From positions 1,536,001 through 1,600,000 of the forward strand of contig OZ252243.1 of assembly GCA_965249555.1 (NCBI GenBank): a DNA stretch of 64,000 nt, in the 5' to 3' direction. Position 1 is the stretch's first letter, and each line of letters opens with the position of its first letter. The position numbers and the translations under genes are program-made. The stretch comes from Nitrosopumilus sp. (GTDB lineage: Archaea; Thermoproteota; Nitrososphaeria; Nitrososphaerales; Nitrosopumilaceae). Positions 63,701-64,000 of this stretch are shown here, piece after piece. The notes below the pieces were generated by a model. It was not told the origin of the DNA. It made no database searches and saw nothing but the letters and a program-made list of their open reading frames with translations.

Positions 63701-64000
63701 ACTGTCGATACACCATCAATCACGATTGAAGGTACGGCTGAGGCCGGGACAATTGTAGAACTATTCAAGGGGGGAACATCAACTGGTGATACAGTAACTG
63801 CTGATTCGGGTGCTTTCTCATTTACAGTTACACTGACTGAGGGTGCCAACTCATTTACTGCAACAGCAACTGATGGACCAAACACATCTGACGCATCACC
63901 AGCTATAGTCATTACACTTGATACCATAGCACCAGTAATCACAGTTGATAAAGATTCATTCTCCGTTGAACTTGGAGAAACATACACAGCATTCACCTAT
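48746..64000 (+). CDS. Giant secreted/surface protein 2, paralog of gene 1 (more than 5,085 aa, runs off the window)
   Basis: TTG 48746 or ATG 48761 (MHSFLCLAFASLLAVSLVLGSAEA). The same frame still reads ...SVELGETYTAFTY at 64000, and the ORF track lists no terminated ORF in this frame. Confidence 0.9.
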   Translation, partial: MQAVNMHSFLCLAFASLLAVSLVLGSAEAFPVIITPSTYVDGQTAIKPGSFNITVDDSLRLTATFVPRQAGDWRITSDVLDHIVPIVPIDGSVAQSQVDSGNPLEVNRQLSVGFSGHIVLSFKPSGASEFAKVASGLVLIHPNPPVLRVAGVTPTSITLEWDDVDGAISYTVWIDGNDSERTTDASITFDELDPGTEYRFISRSSAGLLTSVISAPLDVTTLAVTPLSATITYADDQTALAENIFAVILPFPGNEVNVWISPLETGTLRFESGNSGKNVPVVSGEDQTVTRPLLHGDDNIVISSDGTEVARISITTELDPDEPVYAEGQAAIREGSLRYELAGNGSINVHFVPTEAGNFVFRHGGSAASIFVTNLGAKVTIIFPVGHDYDDDVIVELDDVKAARMNVVTPPEDGVPIQAGSFVITDTINADALRVEFVPLKEGTFTVTAGDTSETVDVSAGDVSESTPKGTEITVGYEFDDNVILSFGGKDAARIHVTTGPTPLVPSAPSLRITGTTHDTVTLSWDAVHRADTYTLTRTLGSNPAVTVLSGIADLTFTDKNLAAETDYTYSLTAINSVGPSEPSEDTVTTDAAPTPPDTPTLVAGVTTHNTVSLSWNEPTDADRYILTRTAGTVITEIPVTGGTHTDDALKSGVQYTYSIRAVSAIGASADSNDVTVDTIKVPVLSTTPTYIDGQSAIDETFEITIVDDNTIAVSFDAKVDGEYYVVWGDSQTSPASIVGGNSANVEIIIDNYDGAIILFFDIDGDVDDEDQEIGSQEVARQVVPAVISPIKDGTLSVTDDADGIITVSLTPAFAGTFSVSTNSLESEKIPGVPDTQIDITLDVGHGFAEDVLVSFNNIIVAGIFVTTVPDAPALVLGPVTSTSITLSWNSVDNADSYTLTRIVADGDDVTVFSGDALTATDDNLSPDAEYRYAITATTPEGRTGAISAELAVDIGSAVESFGVIVDGDGASVSFTPLVPGDFTVGYGDDPDNDVPISVAPGKLSAKLTAIKVGYNFNGPVTLSLDNDIIGRILIVTEPPPTTLDATAVTDTSITLAWPSQPEVQEYRLYRNGALVVATGELSYTDTGLDSNTAYTYHIESHNDVSTTSDRSADLDVTTLIEPPRLVAGEITTTSVELTWDAVDGAHDYFLYRDGVDIASVTGTTHKVTELAAGTEYSFTAESRSIDSVTSPLSSPLSVRTVPDTPALRVTGTTFDTITLSWGPVNGAASYTLTRVVEGDDVTVFSGDALTATDENLSPATSYNYIITATTSGGTSAPSAEFAASTASAVPIITTSSQIVNTPSITIAGTAESGKTVELFQGETSAGTTTADGTGAFSFEVTLADGANSFTATASDGTDTSAPSSPVVITLDTEKPLITVLGSDETIELTAADTYAEPGATVEDNDPAYSEDVTVAGNTPDTSVIRVYTVTYNAPADAAGNEPDQQSIVITVSDTTPPTFDVDTNTDDYSTLVPFAGTYTQGIITNAFDISGIASGTVGGESVNVHVSAEYAVTYTVTDNNGQAATITETVTVEDDEEKPVITPLGSSETIIVSETDTYTEPGATVKDNDPTYAGTVTVAGDTPDTSVVGEYTVTYTAPPDAAGNIPDEKSIVISIVDPPTSPPATIRTLSVSSTTHDSITLSWDAVATAASYTVTRIVNGGANDVEVFSGDALTATDEGLAPETTYRYTITATNSAGSSTSLEFSLNTAAIPAAPAAPVLSVTSATDTTVSFSWGAVEGADSYTLTRVVADGSDVPVPTTPELTATDENLAPETSYNYIITATNAGGTTPSATFEATTSAPPAPATPVFSTVVSATHNSINLSWSAVAGADSYTLTRVAESGNNVRVFSGDALTFTNAGLDPDTAYNYIIMATNSAGTSEPSDPFTATTSTAPPTLVIHDTPTLVTGIITYNTVSLSWGESTGADSYILTRTAGTDTVEIPVTGGTTVSYTDDDVKPSTTYTYSIKAVSASGDSADSNDVIATTIPVPILSTTPTYAVDQSAIVGTSFEIIRIDDDTITVSFDAINDGEYYAQWGESETSPTTITGGNSASVQIPIGDYAGVVILFFEDNEVARQQVPAVTSPIKDGTLSVTDDADGIITVSLTPAFAGAFSVGTHSLDSEKILGVPDTTIVITLYVGHGFAENVFVSFNNIIVARVFVTTVPETPALVLGAVTDTSIALSWGSVDNADRYTLTRTADGTDVIIVSGNVLTFTDEGLAAGTNYVYAITATTPEGRTSATSADLAVTIGSAAQSFDVIADGDDASISFTPLVPGDFTIGYGDDSSNDIDVPIAAEDVGEPSTSTVQVGYNFNGPVTLSLDNDIIGRILIVTEPPPTTLDATAVTDTSITLAWSSQLDVHEYQLYRNGALVVATGELSYTDTGLAAATVYTYHIESHNDVSTTSDRSADLDVTTLIEPPRLVAGEITTTSVELTWDAVDGAHDYFLYRDGVDIASVTGTTHKVTELAAGTEYSFTAESRSIDSVTSPLSSPLSVRTVPDTPALRVTGTTFDTITLSWSPVNGAASYTLTRVVEGDDVTVFSGDALTATDENLSPATSYNYIITATTSGGTSAPSAEFAASTASAVPIITTSSQIVNTPSITIAGTTESGKTVELFQGETSAGTTTADGTGNFSFEVTLADGANSFTATASDGTDTSAPSSPVVITLDTIPPIITVDPLTVTLPAGSSQPDLLAGVSTDDNSPVTTTGTVNVNTPGDYTITYDSTDGTNAAVSATRTYAVTAMLEPFVTVVRNDDNSITVTWRDIETDDGTYFAVVENTNSDELVMVGTGLTGNSHTFSDANRLASLNEGDRIGISGSTDGSINLDTLTFVDTEKPVITVLGSSDTIDVSEINTYTVPDATVTDNDPAYFEEVAVSGDTPDTSVIGVYTVTYTAPADAAGNKPDPQSVVISVVDPSISIGITYTEGQTAIEEGSFSVLVDSVFTDKVFVRFEPKNKGTYTAILDGVTRTVLVTEFTIDNRADIPFDYEDSYIGNIVLSFDDKEVARQTVMTGPAPDTIAPPVPIITTSSETVGLFPIIIEGGSTESGATVELFNGGTSVGTTTADGSGNFSFTVVVLTEGANSFTATASDGPNTSEASPAVVITLDTEKPVITVLGSSETIKVSETNTYTERGATVDDNDPAYSGIITVTGNIPDTRVVGKYTVTYTAPADAAGNAPDQQSIIITVNDSGEDTTPPVIAVDPPTVTLPAGLPQPDLTAGVSTDDNSPVVTSGTVNTIRPGNYTVTYDSTDASGNDAVSAIRTYTVSAPEYALTSAPHADGDKVILTFTSSKSGDFTLERAGSSPVDFAIEEGRTAETITEAVGYDYAGDIIISIRYGAEVARVSVTTGPALIVTAVRSPDNAVTLTWSNILGADYAIYVVEGGVNVKFTDSASPYHITIPEELARVDDSEGNQIGVAGITDGVSGEITFTTVPPKTPALDFTSTGTGITLSWDAVNGADSYTVTRVTESGNADVPITGLTATDESLTAGTEYRYTITSTSGELTSHPSAQFAATTLAAPQTVPTYAPDQTAIKAGSFKVEISPTATLVTFLPLMPGDYTVTLTDLPPKTRTFTSGDTGEILSYVFNLENHLTGDIALSFDGVNVVTHTVTIGPPTLGTGDITDTSIRIEWDSVNDNADYALFRIADDNFGIELETTAKLTATDKNLAADTGYTYAVRAAVGATSVLSDRFDARTAVIPDDTPPVITANPRTVTLPAGSPQPDLLAGVTTDDGSPVTASGAVNTDTPRNYVIIYDSADASGNAADPVTRIYAVTIVLEPFVTVVRNDDNSITVIWRDIETSDGTYSVVFKNPNSSLAFLIRTGLTGNSHTFSDAASIASLNKADRIGVSDGAGGSINFDTLTYTDAEKPVITVLGSTQTIDLTATDTYAEPGATVDDNDPDYSEEVTVTGDTPDTSVIGEYTVLYNAPADVAGNIPDEKSIVITISDITPPTFDVDGNTDDYSTRIPFGGTYAPGKIANKSDISGIASGTVGGKSVNVHVSAEYAVTYTVTDNNGQAATITETVTVGNDEEKPVITVLGSSETIAVSETNTYTEPGATVTDNDPAYSGIVTVTGNAPDTRVIGEYTVLYNAPADAAGNIPEQKSIIITVNDSGEDTTPPVIAVDPPTVILQAGSAQPVLLEGVTTNDNFPVTTSGNVDIDTPDDYIITYDSTDASGNDAVSAIRTYTVSAPVETITGVPTYAAGQTAIEAGSFKVEIRPTFTLVTFNPLVSGDYTVTLADLPPQTKSFSSDDAGKILDYVFNLESHFAGDIALSFDGANVVTHTVTTGPPALRVGTVTDTSIRIEWDSVDDDADYTMLRITDDNLGIRLATTAKLTATDEHLTADTEYTYAVRATVGATSVLSDRFDARTDVPPDIEKPVITVLGSSEIIKVSETNTYVELGATVTDNDPAYTGIVTVSGDPNTSVAGEYTVTYTAPSDAAGNIPEQKSIVITVRDTIAPAVPAINPLPATVNTPSFTIEGTAEAGTTITLFNGATPAGTVIADGSGSFSFAGVELSEGANSFTATASDGVNTSGPSPAIVITLDTETPPVPAITTPSETVSSSSFTIEGTAEAGTTVELFNEGSTVDTITADGDGNFSFAGVALNPGANTFTVTASDGPNTSDASSPVVITLDTETPAVPIITTSPATVNTPSFTIEGTAEAGTTVELFKGVTPAGTTTADSGSFSFTVTLTKGENSFTVTASDGPNTSDASSPVVITLDTEKPVITVLGSTQRIELTATNTYTEPGATVKDNDPAYSEEVTVSGTPDTSVAGKYTVTYTAPADAAGNTPDEKSIVITVSDTTPPTFDVDGNTVDYATAVPFGGPYTPGVITNQSDISGTAPGIVGGDSINVNTSGEYVVTYTVTDNNGLFTTITETVTVESDVTAPAVPAITTSPATVGASPITIDGGSTEAGATIELFNGATSAGTVIADGSGNFSFPRTVLSEGANSFTATASDGPNTSDASSPVVITLDTIPPEAPAITTSPATVDTPSITIEGTAEAGTIVELFKGGTSTGDTVTADSGAFSFTVTLTEGANSFTATATDGPNTSDASPAIVITLDTIAPVITVDKDSFSVELGETYTAFTY
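51783..56745 (+). repeat. Internal ~1.08-kb duplication in giant gene 2 (about 51783-52864 vs 55664-56745)
   Basis: Near-identical DNA; the track shows identical shadow ORFs at 52189 and 56071. Confidence 0.88.

Noticed and set aside
29142-63996. Many short antisense and off-frame ORFs inside the giant genes
   Set aside because: Shadow ORFs that duplicate along with the repeats.
28879-64000. Diversity-generating retroelement as the source of variation
   Set aside because: No reverse transcriptase or non-coding template repeat in the window, and the differences are not adenine-specific.

Overview
AT-rich archaeal chromosome segment, most consistent with a Nitrosopumilus-like thaumarchaeote (TFB, Gar1, SRP19, S8e, aIF-1A, aIF-5A, single-OB SSB, ScpAB, siroheme-route heme genes, intron-containing tRNA-Leu and tRNA-Tyr). 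Bases 1-27.8 kb are mostly core genes, interrupted by a small virus-like relic carrying an odd Ser-type tRNA with a GAA anticodon (2.6-4.5 kb) and by a 3-kb IS110/IS1111-type insertion. That insertion is circularly permuted, carries a secreted-protein cargo gene and splits a response-regulator gene at a 10-bp direct repeat. Bases 28.8-64 kb hold two tandem, paralogous giant surface-protein genes (about 6,310 aa, and more than 5,085 aa running off the window). They are built from FN3 and Ig-like modules, including a 24-unit mosaic array. Both giant genes begin with the same 20-codon leader ORF, which is one G out of frame with the main ORF, and they differ mostly by non-synonymous patches. Three transposase-dead IS110/IS1111 remnants keep a structured bridge-RNA-like region. 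Its constant loop matches the element ends found in this window, while its other loop varies between copies. All alignments and counts were done by eye; no database search was run.
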